34,396 nt of DNA from Patescibacteria group bacterium (GTDB taxonomy: Bacteria; Patescibacteriota; Patescibacteriia; Magasanikbacterales; GWA2-37-8), in assembly GCA_038056955.1 (NCBI GenBank), contig JBBUEJ010000046.1, positions 1 through 34,396 of the forward strand. Direction: 5' to 3'. This document shows, piece after piece, positions 22,903 through 31,998 of this stretch (position 1 is the first letter of the stretch; the number at the start of each line of letters is the position of its first letter). The translations under genes and the position numbers were made by a program. The notes under the pieces were generated by a model, which ran no database searches, had not been told where the DNA came from, and saw only the letters and a list, made by a program, of their open reading frames with translations.

Positions 22903-22940
22903 AAAACAAAAAATCATCCCGACTAAGTCGGGATGATTTT
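22903..22940 (-). terminator. Rho-independent terminator after tRNA-Leu (perfect 14-bp stem)
   Basis: aaaatcatcccgac-taa-gtcgggatgatttt (22910-22940), with a T-rich tail on the minus strand. Confidence 0.8.
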
Positions 22941-22947
22941 CGCTTTG

Positions 22948-23029
22948 TGCCGCGAGAGAGAATCGAACTCTCATGGATTGCTCCGCACGATTTTGAGTCG
23001 TGTGCGTCTACCAATTCCGCCATCGCGGC
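22948..23029 (-). tRNA. tRNA-Leu (anticodon CAA), class II with a long variable arm
   Basis: Minus strand: GCCGCGA TG GCG GAATTGGTAGA CGC A CACGA CTCAAAA TCGTG CGGAGCAATCCAT GAGAG TTCGATT CTCTC TCGCGGC A. No encoded CCA. Confidence 0.9.
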
Positions 23030-23037
23030 ATGAAAAA

Positions 23038-23066
23038 AGTATATTGCAAAATGGCTAATTTGTCAA
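23038..23066 (-). promoter_or_regulatory. Consensus-like promoter for tRNA-Leu (TTGACA-17-TATACT)
   Basis: Minus strand: TTGACA = 23066..23061 and TATACT = 23043..23038. The predicted start lies 1-2 nt before the mature tRNA 5' end. Confidence 0.65.
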
Positions 23067-23075
23067 TCTTGCTAC

Positions 23076-24389
23076 CTACGGCCTTAACCTGCCAATAGTT
23101 CTGGGGAAAGGAATGCACTCGCGAATATGTTCCACGCCCGTAATCCAACGCACAGCGCGCTCCAGGCCAATGCCAAATCCGGAGTGCGGCACACTGCCAT
23201 ATTGGCGTAAATCCAAATACCATTGGTATTCTTCCGGATTAAGCCCTTCGGCTTTTATTCTGGCCAGCAACAATTCATAATCATCCTCGCGCTGACTACC
23301 GCCGATAAGTTCGCCCGCGCCTTCCGTGGCAATTAAATCATCATTCAAAACCAAATCAGCATTTTCCGGATCGCGTTTCATATAAAACGGCTTGATACTC
23401 TTTGGCCATTTGGCGATAAACACTGGCACTTCGGAATCTTTCGTGAGCAAACCTTCGTCGTCGTTGCCCAAATCTTCGCCGTGTTTTATATCCGAACCCA
23501 GTTCGTTTAATTTAACAATTGCCTGATCGTAAGTATAACGCGTAAACGGCGCGTCCGCTTTTTGGAGCGGCGCAAGATTGCGTTCCAAAATCGCAAGTTC
23601 TTCCAAACAATTTTTTAGACAATAACGGATAATATAACGCACCAGGCCTTCCTGAATTTGTAAATTTTCTTCATGTTCCACAAAAGCCGCTTCCGCGTCC
23701 ATCATCCAAAACTCGGTAAGGTGACGTTTGGTTTTGCTTTTCTCGGCGCGAAACACCGGACCAAAATCATAACAGCGCCCCACCGAAGCAATGGCCGCTT
23801 CTATGTATAGCTGGCCTGATTGAGAAAGATAAGCGGTGCCCAAATCAAAATAGGGCACCGGAAAAAGCGTGCTGGTGCCTTCGCAGGTGTTGGGAGTGAA
23901 AACCGGAGAATCGGTTCTAATAAAATTTTCCTGATGCAAATATTCGTTGATGGAAGTAATAATGGCGTCGCGCACGCGCAAAATCGCCCACTGTTTCTTG
24001 CTTCTCAACCACAAGTGGCGGTTCTCCATAAGAAAATCCGGCCCGTGTTCTTTGTGGGCAATCGGATAATCCTGCGTCAGCTGGATAATTTTAAAATCTT
24101 TTACTTGTAATTCGTAAACATTGGCTTTTTTTGGATGTTTCATCACTTTGCCACGCACCACCACCGAGGATTCCTGGGTTGCCTTCTCTACCATTTCCCA
24201 AACCTCGGCGCTTAACTGGTCTTTTACAGCCACAGCCTGTACCCAACCAGTGCCATCGCGCAACTCCAAAAAAGCAATCGGCCCGGAAGACCGCTTGTTA
24301 TATAGCCAGCCTTTAATTTCCACTTCTGGCCCCGAAGAGGCCCCTTCGGGGCCGACTAAAGATGCTAAATTTTTGATAAAAATTGACAT
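23076..24389 (-). CDS. asnS: Asparagine--tRNA ligase
   Basis: Class IIb layout. Motif 2 GPVFRAEKSKTKRHLTEFWMMDAE matches the AsnRS pattern FRAE.S.T.RHL.EFWM rather than the AspRS one. C-terminus GFGIGLERAVRWITG..IRECIPFPRTIGRLRP. Confidence 0.88.
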   Translation of the reverse strand: MSIFIKNLASLVGPEGASSGPEVEIKGWLYNKRSSGPIAFLELRDGTGWVQAVAVKDQLSAEVWEMVEKATQESSVVVRGKVMKHPKKANVYELQVKDFKIIQLTQDYPIAHKEHGPDFLMENRHLWLRSKKQWAILRVRDAIITSINEYLHQENFIRTDSPVFTPNTCEGTSTLFPVPYFDLGTAYLSQSGQLYIEAAIASVGRCYDFGPVFRAEKSKTKRHLTEFWMMDAEAAFVEHEENLQIQEGLVRYIIRYCLKNCLEELAILERNLAPLQKADAPFTRYTYDQAIVKLNELGSDIKHGEDLGNDDEGLLTKDSEVPVFIAKWPKSIKPFYMKRDPENADLVLNDDLIATEGAGELIGGSQREDDYELLLARIKAEGLNPEEYQWYLDLRQYGSVPHSGFGIGLERAVRWITGVEHIRECIPFPRTIGRLRP

Positions 24390-24398
24390 GGAATAAAA

Positions 24399-24977
24399 TT
24401 AACACGAATTAACAAATCTAGCAAGCTTCTGCCCGGAATGAGCTTGCGCGTGCTGACAAGCAAACTCATACATATTTTGCTGATCTAAATTATTTACTAC
24501 CGGCCAACTGCCTTCCAGCCAAACACGGTATTTTTCTTCCGGCGCGCTAAAGCCCAGGCAGTGCCAAAGCTTATAAATAAAGCCGGTAGCCAAATTTAAA
24601 GAATTGATTTTAACTGACGAGTCTACAAATTCCAAAAAATTTACCAGTAAATCAAAAATGCTTTCGTCCTTCTCCTGTGCCAAAATATTGGTGTCGGTAA
24701 TTTTAACAACGTAGTTGGCTATAAAAATCTTGTCAAAATCAGAATAAATATTTTTAAAAATTTTAATCGGCTGCGCTTTTGTTAAGTGGTCTATTTCTTT
24801 GCCTTTAGCAATATCTATTTCCACCAAAGACAAGATTTCCAAATTGGCAGAATTTTTGCTGGTAATTTTTTTAATGCCCTTGGCCAAAACTTCCACTTTC
24901 CCCTGCTCGCGGGTATAAAGCGAAATCATCTGATCGAATTCACGCCAATTTTTTCTTCCTAAAACAATAGCCAGCAT
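24399..24977 (-). CDS. recO: DNA repair protein RecO (short form)
   Basis: N-terminal OB-fold signature AIVLGRKNWREFDQMISLYTREQGKVEVLAKGIKK. It is 192 aa. Confidence 0.8.
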   Translation of the reverse strand: MLAIVLGRKNWREFDQMISLYTREQGKVEVLAKGIKKITSKNSANLEILSLVEIDIAKGKEIDHLTKAQPIKIFKNIYSDFDKIFIANYVVKITDTNILAQEKDESIFDLLVNFLEFVDSSVKINSLNLATGFIYKLWHCLGFSAPEEKYRVWLEGSWPVVNNLDQQNMYEFACQHAQAHSGQKLARFVNSC

Positions 24978-24980
24978 ATT

Positions 24981-26225
24981 TTAAATAAAAGAAGATACCA
25001 ATAAAATTATAGTGGCTAAAATAATACCCGCAATCGTCAGCCAAGAAATAATATTTCCGATTAGCCCATTCACATGTTCGCCCATAATCTTTTTATTGTT
25101 AACTATTTTCATTACAAAAATTAAAATAAACGGCAACAAAATACCATTGATGTCCTGCGAAAAAATCATGATTTTTAACATGGATACCGACGGCAGTAAA
25201 ACCAAAACTGCTGGTAAAATAATGGAAAACAAAATGATGCTATAAAAAATTTTTCCCGTTTGCCAATTGGTATTAAACCCGTACTCCCAGCCAAAAGCCT
25301 CACACAAGGCATAGGCTGTCGCCACCGGCAAAATAAAAGCACCCAACATTGAAGCGCTAAACAACCCAAAGGCAAATAAAATCTCAGCGAAATGACCGGC
25401 CAAGGGCGCCAAACTTAAGGCTACGTCTTTGACATCGGAAACTTTTATTCCATATTTATATAAAGTGGCCGCCGTGCTGATAATTATAAAAAAACTGACA
25501 ATATTAGTGATAAATGCGCCCGCAAAAACTTCCGCTTTCTCTATTTTATAATGTTTTAAATCCAGACCCTTATCCACCACATAAGATTGAATAAAAAATT
25601 GCCCCCAAGGGGTAATGGTAGTGCCAATTAGAGCGATCATGGTAAGTAAAAATGGGCCGGTAAATTCCATGGTCGGAATAACCAAGCTGTGTAAGGCGGC
25701 ACCAAAATCGGGACGAATAATAAAACCATTTATGATATAAACAAGGTAAAAAGCAGAAAAAAGAAGGAATACTTTTTGCGCGGTTTTAAATGATCCTTTG
25801 TATAATACCAGCCACACCACGAGGGCAGAGAGTGGCACGGACCAATATTTACTAATGTTAAATATTTCAAAAGAAGAGGCGATGCCGGCAAATTCGGCGG
25901 TGATTGTGCCCAAATTCGCGATCAACATGGTAAGCATGGCAAAAGCTGTCCATCTTAAACCAAAATTTTCTCTTATCACCCCTCCCAACCCCTGCCTGGT
26001 AACCAAGCCGATGCGTACGCCCATTTCTTGAGTAATGGCTAAAGAAAAAGTGAGCAAAAACAGCACCCATAACATTTTGAAGCCAAATTGCGCGCCCACA
26101 ATTGAGTAAGTGGCGATGCCGCCGGCATCATTATCGGCATTGGCCGCTATTATTCCGGGCCCAATAACGCTAAAAAAGAAAATCAGCTTGGGCCAGAAGT
26201 GTTTTGATTTTTGGGGCATTGGCAT
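24981..26225 (-). CDS. NRAMP/SLC11-family transporter with non-canonical metal-site residues (NRMT-like, candidate Mg2+ transporter)
   Basis: NRAMP-like TM1 GPGIIAANADNDAGGIATYS, with DAGG where canonical NRAMPs have DPGN. TM6 reads IGTTITPWGQFF where canonical NRAMPs have GA.VMPHNL, so there is no Met or His. About 11 TM segments. Confidence 0.8.
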   Translation of the reverse strand: MPMPQKSKHFWPKLIFFFSVIGPGIIAANADNDAGGIATYSIVGAQFGFKMLWVLFLLTFSLAITQEMGVRIGLVTRQGLGGVIRENFGLRWTAFAMLTMLIANLGTITAEFAGIASSFEIFNISKYWSVPLSALVVWLVLYKGSFKTAQKVFLLFSAFYLVYIINGFIIRPDFGAALHSLVIPTMEFTGPFLLTMIALIGTTITPWGQFFIQSYVVDKGLDLKHYKIEKAEVFAGAFITNIVSFFIIISTAATLYKYGIKVSDVKDVALSLAPLAGHFAEILFAFGLFSASMLGAFILPVATAYALCEAFGWEYGFNTNWQTGKIFYSIILFSIILPAVLVLLPSVSMLKIMIFSQDINGILLPFILIFVMKIVNNKKIMGEHVNGLIGNIISWLTIAGIILATIILLVSSFI

Positions 26226-26227
26226 AC

Positions 26228-27433
26228 TTATGCGTGAGGCACAAAATGACGCATAACGTCATCGACCGTAATTACCCCTAATAATTTTTTATCTTTATCC
26301 AATACCGCGATTGAGGTTAAATTATATTTAGTCATTAATGATGCTACTTCCAATATATTTTGACCAACAGTCGCGGTTGATTTTTTTTCTTTATCCATCA
26401 ATTCAACCATGGTCTGCTCATAGCCGGAAATAAGCAATCTTCGGAGTGAGACATCTCCTTTAAAACCTCCTTGTTCGTCTATAATATAAACAAGATAACT
26501 CCCTCGATGAAGCTGATACGTTTTTTTTATCTGTTCAATAACTTCTTTTACGGTTGCAGTGGGAAGGAGAGAAACATACTCGGTTGTCATTAATCCGCCA
26601 GCCGTATCTTCATCATATTCCAAAATATTCTTAACTTTCTGCGTGCTGTCCGAGGGTAGAATTTGCATTATTTCCTTTGATTTGCGATCCGGCAACATCT
26701 GAATTAAGTCTACTAGTTCATCGATGGACATTTTTTGCATAACGCTGGCCGCTCTTTCCGGACCCAAACTTTCTACCAAAATTCTTTGCAATTCCGGTTC
26801 CAATTCTTCCAAAACACGCGCGGCCGTTTTTTTATCCAAGGACTGCAACAACTCGCTACCTTGATTAAGGTTAAGCTTTTCAATTATATTGGCAATATCG
26901 GCCGGATGCAACTTTACCAACTCTTTGGTTCCCATTGATAATTGCAGTTTATCGCCCAACAAACGCACATTCTTCCACTCCAATAATTCCGGTTGTAAAA
27001 AATTAAACAAATTTAATCCCTTTAATCCCAAACGCCTCAACAACCCCAGCTTGCCAATATCTAGCGCCACCAAACACATCACGCCCTTTATCATTCCGAA
27101 TTGTAAATCATTTACTCTTACCACTCTGACACCGGCCAAATCGACTATTTGCCTGTCGAGTACTGTTCCTCTAAGAAAAATGAATTCTTGGTCTTGGAGC
27201 ATTTCACTCACGCTTTCCAAAAAACTTTTTTTTAGGGTCAGATAATTTTTACCAAAAATTTCTACCTGATTGGCGCTGATAAATTTTTTATCTTTGCCCG
27301 TTAAAATTACCCCGACAATGGACGGGTAATCGCTGTCAAAATTTGTTTTTATTAAAACATCACCCACTCTCCCTACGATTCGATCGGCCTGATCTCTTAC
27401 TTTGGCTCCTAAAATATCGCTAAAAAATAACAT
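26228..27433 (-). CDS. Soluble MgtE-like cytosolic module: PRC-barrel-like N-terminus, MgtE N-domain and CBS pair, with no transmembrane domain
   Basis: LHPADIANIIEKL..AARVLEELEPE..DELVDLIQMLP (MgtE_N-like). DTAGGLMTTEYVSL and LGVITVDDVMRH (CBS pair). The protein ends right after the second CBS, and the gene stops 2 nt before the NRAMP start. Confidence 0.8.
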   Translation of the reverse strand: MLFFSDILGAKVRDQADRIVGRVGDVLIKTNFDSDYPSIVGVILTGKDKKFISANQVEIFGKNYLTLKKSFLESVSEMLQDQEFIFLRGTVLDRQIVDLAGVRVVRVNDLQFGMIKGVMCLVALDIGKLGLLRRLGLKGLNLFNFLQPELLEWKNVRLLGDKLQLSMGTKELVKLHPADIANIIEKLNLNQGSELLQSLDKKTAARVLEELEPELQRILVESLGPERAASVMQKMSIDELVDLIQMLPDRKSKEIMQILPSDSTQKVKNILEYDEDTAGGLMTTEYVSLLPTATVKEVIEQIKKTYQLHRGSYLVYIIDEQGGFKGDVSLRRLLISGYEQTMVELMDKEKKSTATVGQNILEVASLMTKYNLTSIAVLDKDKKLLGVITVDDVMRHFVPHA

Positions 27434-27434
27434 A

Positions 27435-27797
27435 TCATTTTTTTCCCAAATGGCTTTGTAAAATTACCATCGCCGCTTTTTCATCACGGCTTACCCCAGC
27501 GCCCATTCTATCGCCGGCCTGCGAAGAAAAAATTTCCGTTATAAACTCAACGGGGGTATTAATTTCTTTTTTTAATTCATCAATAAATTTTCTCACTCGC
27601 TGCGTATTTTTATTTTCGGTTCCATCCAACCCCAGAGGCAGCCCCACCACAATTTTATCTATTTTTTCTTTGATTACTATGCTGATTAATTCCAGCAAAT
27701 TTGATACTTTGCCAAACGGCAAAATCACATCAATTTCGCTTGAAGCCCGGGCCAAACCGATATTTTTTGTGCCGTAATCAATAGCCAGAATATTCAT
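27435..27797 (-). CDS. ruvX: YqgF/RuvX putative pre-16S rRNA nuclease / Holliday junction resolvase-like protein
   Basis: MNILAIDYGTKNIGLA start, a length of about 120 aa, and the motif VVGLPLGLDGTE. Confidence 0.88.
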   Translation of the reverse strand: MNILAIDYGTKNIGLARASSEIDVILPFGKVSNLLELISIVIKEKIDKIVVGLPLGLDGTENKNTQRVRKFIDELKKEINTPVEFITEIFSSQAGDRMGAGVSRDEKAAMVILQSHLGKK

Positions 27798-27813
27798 ACA
27801 ACTTTATGACTTT

Positions 27814-28626
27814 TCACTTTAAACTTTCACTAGGCCTTCTGGTGGCCACAATATTACCACTCTTAGTAATGATGATAGTGTGCTCATAATGAGCTGACAA
27901 AGAACCGTCGGCCATAAGAATTGTCCAGCCATCATCGGCGGTTCTTACTTTCCATCCGCCCAAAGAAACCATTGGTTCAATGGCCACTACCATACCGGGT
28001 TTTAAAACAATATAATCCAAATTTCTATCATAAAAATTTGGTATTCTGGGATCTTCGTGCACCGCGTGACCCACACCGTGCCCCACCAAATCTCGGACTA
28101 TGCCGTATTTTCCCTGAGATTTAATATAATCTTCTATGGCCCGGCCAATATCGGCCACGGTGTTGCCTGGTTTTATGACTTCTATGCCTCTTTCCAAAGA
28201 TTCTTGCGTAACCCGCAAAAGCTCTCTGGTTTTGGGGGCTATCTTCCCAATCGGCACGGTAAGAGCGGTATCTGTATAGAATCCTTCAACATCTTTTGGG
28301 CCTGTAAACGGCCATTCCATGCCAATATCAATAGTAAAAATGTCGCCATTTTTTAAAATCGCTTCTTTTCTGGCAATGCCATGCACCAACTCTTCGTTAA
28401 CGGAAGCGCAGATGGTGCTGGGAAAAGGCTTGTCCGATACCCTGGTTTTATATCCTTTAAACGCCGGCCTGCCCCCGACTTCGATAATCATTTTTTCCGC
28501 GGCCTGATCTATATCCCAAGTAGAAATTCCCGGCCGGCACATTTTTGCCAAATCATCTAAAATACGACCCATAATTTGGCCGCCTTGTTTTATTTTTTTA
28601 ATTTCTTCCGGAGTTTTGATTAACAT
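27814..28626 (-). CDS. map: Methionine aminopeptidase, type I
   Basis: Pita-bread motifs FKGY, DIFTIDIG, GHGVGHAVHE, IEPM and HYEHTI. Ends with TGA. Confidence 0.95.
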   Translation of the reverse strand: MLIKTPEEIKKIKQGGQIMGRILDDLAKMCRPGISTWDIDQAAEKMIIEVGGRPAFKGYKTRVSDKPFPSTICASVNEELVHGIARKEAILKNGDIFTIDIGMEWPFTGPKDVEGFYTDTALTVPIGKIAPKTRELLRVTQESLERGIEVIKPGNTVADIGRAIEDYIKSQGKYGIVRDLVGHGVGHAVHEDPRIPNFYDRNLDYIVLKPGMVVAIEPMVSLGGWKVRTADDGWTILMADGSLSAHYEHTIIITKSGNIVATRRPSESLK

Positions 28627-29201
28627 AAAATACTCTCAATATCTTTTTCCACGTCTTCTATAGTCTGATTGCCGTCTATTTTTACCAACACGCCCAAATC
28701 TTTATAAAAATTTATAATCGGAGCCAAAACTTTATTTCCCTGTTTAGCAATTCTATCCTTTATTATCTTGGGATCATCGTCTTGTCTATTTTCTAAGCCG
28801 CGACGCTTGATTAATCTTTCCCAAGAATCTTTGTCACTCAAAGTGATTTCTAAAGCCAAAACTTCACCGGTTAAATTTTTTGCTTTAAAAAAATTTTGAA
28901 AACCCCGCGCTTGTTCCAAATTACGAATGGCCCCATCCAACACCACACCTCTGCCCTCGGCAAGATTTTTTTCAATCTCGCCAAAAACCAACCGGTAAAT
29001 AAGCTGATCGGAAACCAGATTTCCGGATTTCATTTGTGCCACAGCTTCTTTTTCCAGAGAATTTAAGTCCGTATCTCTTGCCAAAGCACGCAATAAATCA
29101 CCTGTAGAAATATGGCTATAATTATACTTGAAGGCTACTTTTTTGGCTTGCGTACCCTTGCCGGAGCCGGGCGGACCAATCATGATAATTATTTTTTTCA
29201 T
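28620..29201 (-). CDS. adk: Adenylate kinase (short LID form)
   Basis: P-loop IIMIGPPGSGKGTQAKK and HISTGDLLR. Start placed at ATG 29201 (MKKIIIM...), because the listed start at 29213 is a TTG. Confidence 0.92.
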   Translation of the reverse strand: MKKIIIMIGPPGSGKGTQAKKVAFKYNYSHISTGDLLRALARDTDLNSLEKEAVAQMKSGNLVSDQLIYRLVFGEIEKNLAEGRGVVLDGAIRNLEQARGFQNFFKAKNLTGEVLALEITLSDKDSWERLIKRRGLENRQDDDPKIIKDRIAKQGNKVLAPIINFYKDLGVLVKIDGNQTIEDVEKDIESILC

Positions 29202-29307
29202 ACAATAATTCAAACGAAAAAAGGCTCTTCAGCCCTTTTATGTTACCACTTGGTTAAACTTTTTTCAATCCAACTTCGGCTAGAGAGCTACGCCGGGACA
29301 AACCTAA

Positions 29308-30582
29308 TTAAACCGTATCATAAGCGTGCATTGTCAGCTGGGCGTCTACCTGTTTGGCTGTTTCAATGGCCACCGAAACCACGATTAACAAGCTGGCTCC
29401 GCCGATCGCCAAACTCTGGGTACCCATAAAATATTGAACTAGAAGCGGCAAAATAGCAATTACTCCCAAAAATGAAGCGCCGGTAAAATTAATTCTGTTC
29501 ATGGTTTGACCAAGATATTTTTCGGTCTCTGTCCCGGGACGAATACCGGGGATAAATCCGCCCTGCTTTTGCAAATTTTCGGCCATCTTTTGCGGATGAA
29601 AAATAACAGCGGTATAAAAATAAGTAAACCCAAATACCAGCAAAAAATATAAAATTCCATAAAATAACTGATTTTGAAATAAGGTGATAGTGTTTGTTGC
29701 TAAATTAGCAATCCACGCCGTTTTTGCTTGCGCAAAAAACTGCGCGATTAATGATGGAAATAAAATTAAAGAAATGGCAAAAATGATTGGTATCACGCCA
29801 GCCATGCTTACCCGTAACGGCAAATGCGTGCTACTGCCGCCCTGCATACGATTGCCCTGTACTTGTTTGGCATAGGTTATCGGAATATTTCTCTGGCCTT
29901 GATTGATAAATACCACCCCGACCACTGTTAGCACCGCTACCACCGCGAATAAAACAAATGTATAAAAATCCGCCGCGCTATAATTGAACAAAAGAGTGCG
30001 TAAAGCTCCAGGCAAACCGGCCGCAATGCCGGCAAATATTAAAAGGGAGATGCCGTTGCCGACTTTCTTTTCGGAAATAAGTTCTCCGATCCACATTAAA
30101 AACATAGTGCCGGCCGTAATTGTCATCATAATAGCCACCAAACGAAAAAACGATAAGTCGGTAATAATCGGCAGAGCGGAGCGGTTTAATATTTTTATCA
30201 TGGCGTAAGATTGCAAAAAAGCTAACGGCACGGTAAGCAATCTGGTATAAGTGTTTATTCTTTGCTGTCCGGATTCACCTTCTTTTGATAGCTCTTCCAA
30301 TTTAGGCACAATCATGGCCAACAACTGAAATATAATAGAAGAAGTGATATACGGACCAACGCCCAACATAACAATAGAAAAATTACTCATGGTGCCGCCG
30401 GAAAAAATATCTAACAAACCAAAAATCTGGTTTCCGGCAAGAAACTGGCGTAAATTCTCTAAATTAACTCCCGGAATAGGGATGTGGGCTACCAACCTAA
30501 ACACCACCAGCATTCCCAAAACATAAAGAATTTTATTTCTAATGTCTTTGATCTTCCAAATTTGCTGTAATTTTTCCCACAT
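29308..30582 (-). CDS. secY: Preprotein translocase subunit SecY
   Basis: Ten-TM profile, with the motifs IFSGG..SIVMLGVGPYITSSIIFQLL and GGFIPGIRPG. Position in the spc operon supports the call. Confidence 0.95.
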   Translation of the reverse strand: MWEKLQQIWKIKDIRNKILYVLGMLVVFRLVAHIPIPGVNLENLRQFLAGNQIFGLLDIFSGGTMSNFSIVMLGVGPYITSSIIFQLLAMIVPKLEELSKEGESGQQRINTYTRLLTVPLAFLQSYAMIKILNRSALPIITDLSFFRLVAIMMTITAGTMFLMWIGELISEKKVGNGISLLIFAGIAAGLPGALRTLLFNYSAADFYTFVLFAVVAVLTVVGVVFINQGQRNIPITYAKQVQGNRMQGGSSTHLPLRVSMAGVIPIIFAISLILFPSLIAQFFAQAKTAWIANLATNTITLFQNQLFYGILYFLLVFGFTYFYTAVIFHPQKMAENLQKQGGFIPGIRPGTETEKYLGQTMNRINFTGASFLGVIAILPLLVQYFMGTQSLAIGGASLLIVVSVAIETAKQVDAQLTMHAYDTV

Positions 30583-30589
30583 AACGGCT

Positions 30590-31030
30590 TTATTTAACTT
30601 TTCCGCCTACAGCTTTGATTTTGGCAGCGGCGCCGGTAGTACAAGCGACTCCTTCCACTACCAATTTTTTGGTAATGTCTCCGGTAGACAAAATTTTCGC
30701 GGCTTTTGCGCGTACGCTAACTAATTTTTTTTCTTTTAAAGAAGCCAAAGTCACATTCTCGCCGTCTTGAAAACTTTTTTCCAAATCAGACAAATAAACT
30801 TCCGTTGGCTTGGTATTTAAACTGGTAAAACCACGCAATTTTGGAGTTGATTGCAATTGAAATTTAAAACCCAGGCGCGCAGTGCCTCGGCTGCCTCCGG
30901 ATCTGGCTGTTTGACCCTTGCCGCCTCTGGTGGAATAGGCGCCATGTCCGGACGCATTGCCCCTGCCCAAAATTTTGCGTCCGCGTTTGGATCCTTTAGC
31001 CGGTTGAATTGTGTGTACGTGTAAAGACAT
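30590..31030 (-). CDS. rplO: 50S ribosomal protein L15
   Basis: Gly/Arg-rich N-terminus (GRGNASGHGAYSTRGGKGQTARSG) and position between rpsE and secY. Confidence 0.93.
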   Translation of the reverse strand: MSLHVHTIQPAKGSKRGRKILGRGNASGHGAYSTRGGKGQTARSGGSRGTARLGFKFQLQSTPKLRGFTSLNTKPTEVYLSDLEKSFQDGENVTLASLKEKKLVSVRAKAAKILSTGDITKKLVVEGVACTTGAAAKIKAVGGKVK

Positions 31031-31049
31031 AATATTCGATGTGAAATTT

Positions 31050-31586
31050 CTAATTTCTAATTTCTAATTCTTTTATTACCGGAGCCTGTTTTACTTCAAC
31101 TTCTCTTCTAGGATCTTTTTTAAACATCTGTAAAGCATTAAATGTGGCCTTTACGATAGTTACTTTATTTTTTGTTTTGCCTAAAATTTTAGAAGATACA
31201 TTCGCTACTCCGGCTAATTCCAACATAGCGCGCACGGCTCCGCCGGCGATAATACCGGATCCTTGCGGCGCCGGTTTTAAAAATATAGTGGCGGCCTTAA
31301 ATTTATAAGTTATGGCATGAGGAATAGTTTCGTTAACAATCGGGATGGTGATCATATTTTTCTTGGCCTGATGAACTGCTTTTTCTACGCCTAATTGTAC
31401 ATCTTTTCCTTTGGCAAGTCCAAAACCAACCCGGCCCTTATGATCGCCTAAAATAACACAGGCGCGAAAACTCATGTGTTTGCCACCTTTGGTTACTCTG
31501 GTAACACGGTTCAAATCTAAAATATACTGATCAAATTCAGGCTTTTCCCGTGGTTTGTCGCCTCTTCTGCCCATTGGTTTACTCAT
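31050..31586 (-). CDS. rpsE: 30S ribosomal protein S5
   Basis: LNRVTRVTKGGKHMSFRACVILGDHKGRVGFGLAKGKDV..A is the S5 signature. Confidence 0.95.
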   Translation of the reverse strand: MSKPMGRRGDKPREKPEFDQYILDLNRVTRVTKGGKHMSFRACVILGDHKGRVGFGLAKGKDVQLGVEKAVHQAKKNMITIPIVNETIPHAITYKFKAATIFLKPAPQGSGIIAGGAVRAMLELAGVANVSSKILGKTKNKVTIVKATFNALQMFKKDPRREVEVKQAPVIKELEIRN

Positions 31587-31609
31587 ATACTATAAATAAC
31601 TTAGTTGCT

Positions 31610-31984
31610 TTAAAAGATTAAACCGCCCTCACGGGCGCCATCGGCCAACGCCTTTACTCGGCCATGATACTTATAACCGCCGCGATCAAATTTTACCTTG
31701 CTAATGCCTTTGGCTTTTGCTTTTTCAGCCAATAATTTCCCCAGCAAATAACTTACCGCTACTTTGCGGGTTTTATCATCGGATTTTTTTCCTTTTATTT
31801 CTTTGGCATCAGCATAACACAAAGTTTTCCCGACGTTGTCATCAATGAGTTGTGCTACCATGCCTTTTAGACTGCGAAAAACAGACAGCCTTGGCTCTGC
31901 GGCTGTGCCAACCAAAACTTTTCGCACCCGAACGTGCCGGACCTGGCGTAATTTACTTTTGTTTTTATTAAATAATCTTTTCAT
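31610..31984 (-). CDS. rplR: 50S ribosomal protein L18
   Basis: [18 protein letters not shown]...[24 protein letters not shown] is the L18 signature. Confidence 0.95.
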   Translation of the reverse strand: MKRLFNKNKSKLRQVRHVRVRKVLVGTAAEPRLSVFRSLKGMVAQLIDDNVGKTLCYADAKEIKGKKSDDKTRKVAVSYLLGKLLAEKAKAKGISKVKFDRGGYKYHGRVKALADGAREGGLIF

Positions 31985-31998
31985 ATGCCATTAGCTAA

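Noticed and set aside
22545-23033. 162-aa plus-strand and 68-aa minus-strand ORFs across the parA 5' end and tRNA-Leu
   Set aside because: They overlap parA (antisense), a terminator hairpin and the tRNA-Leu gene.
27435-27816. UGA recoding (code 4/25), as occurs in some CPR lineages
   Set aside because: TGA terminates ruvX (27435-27437) and map (27814-27816) exactly at the expected C-termini. No in-frame TGA interrupts any conserved gene inspected.
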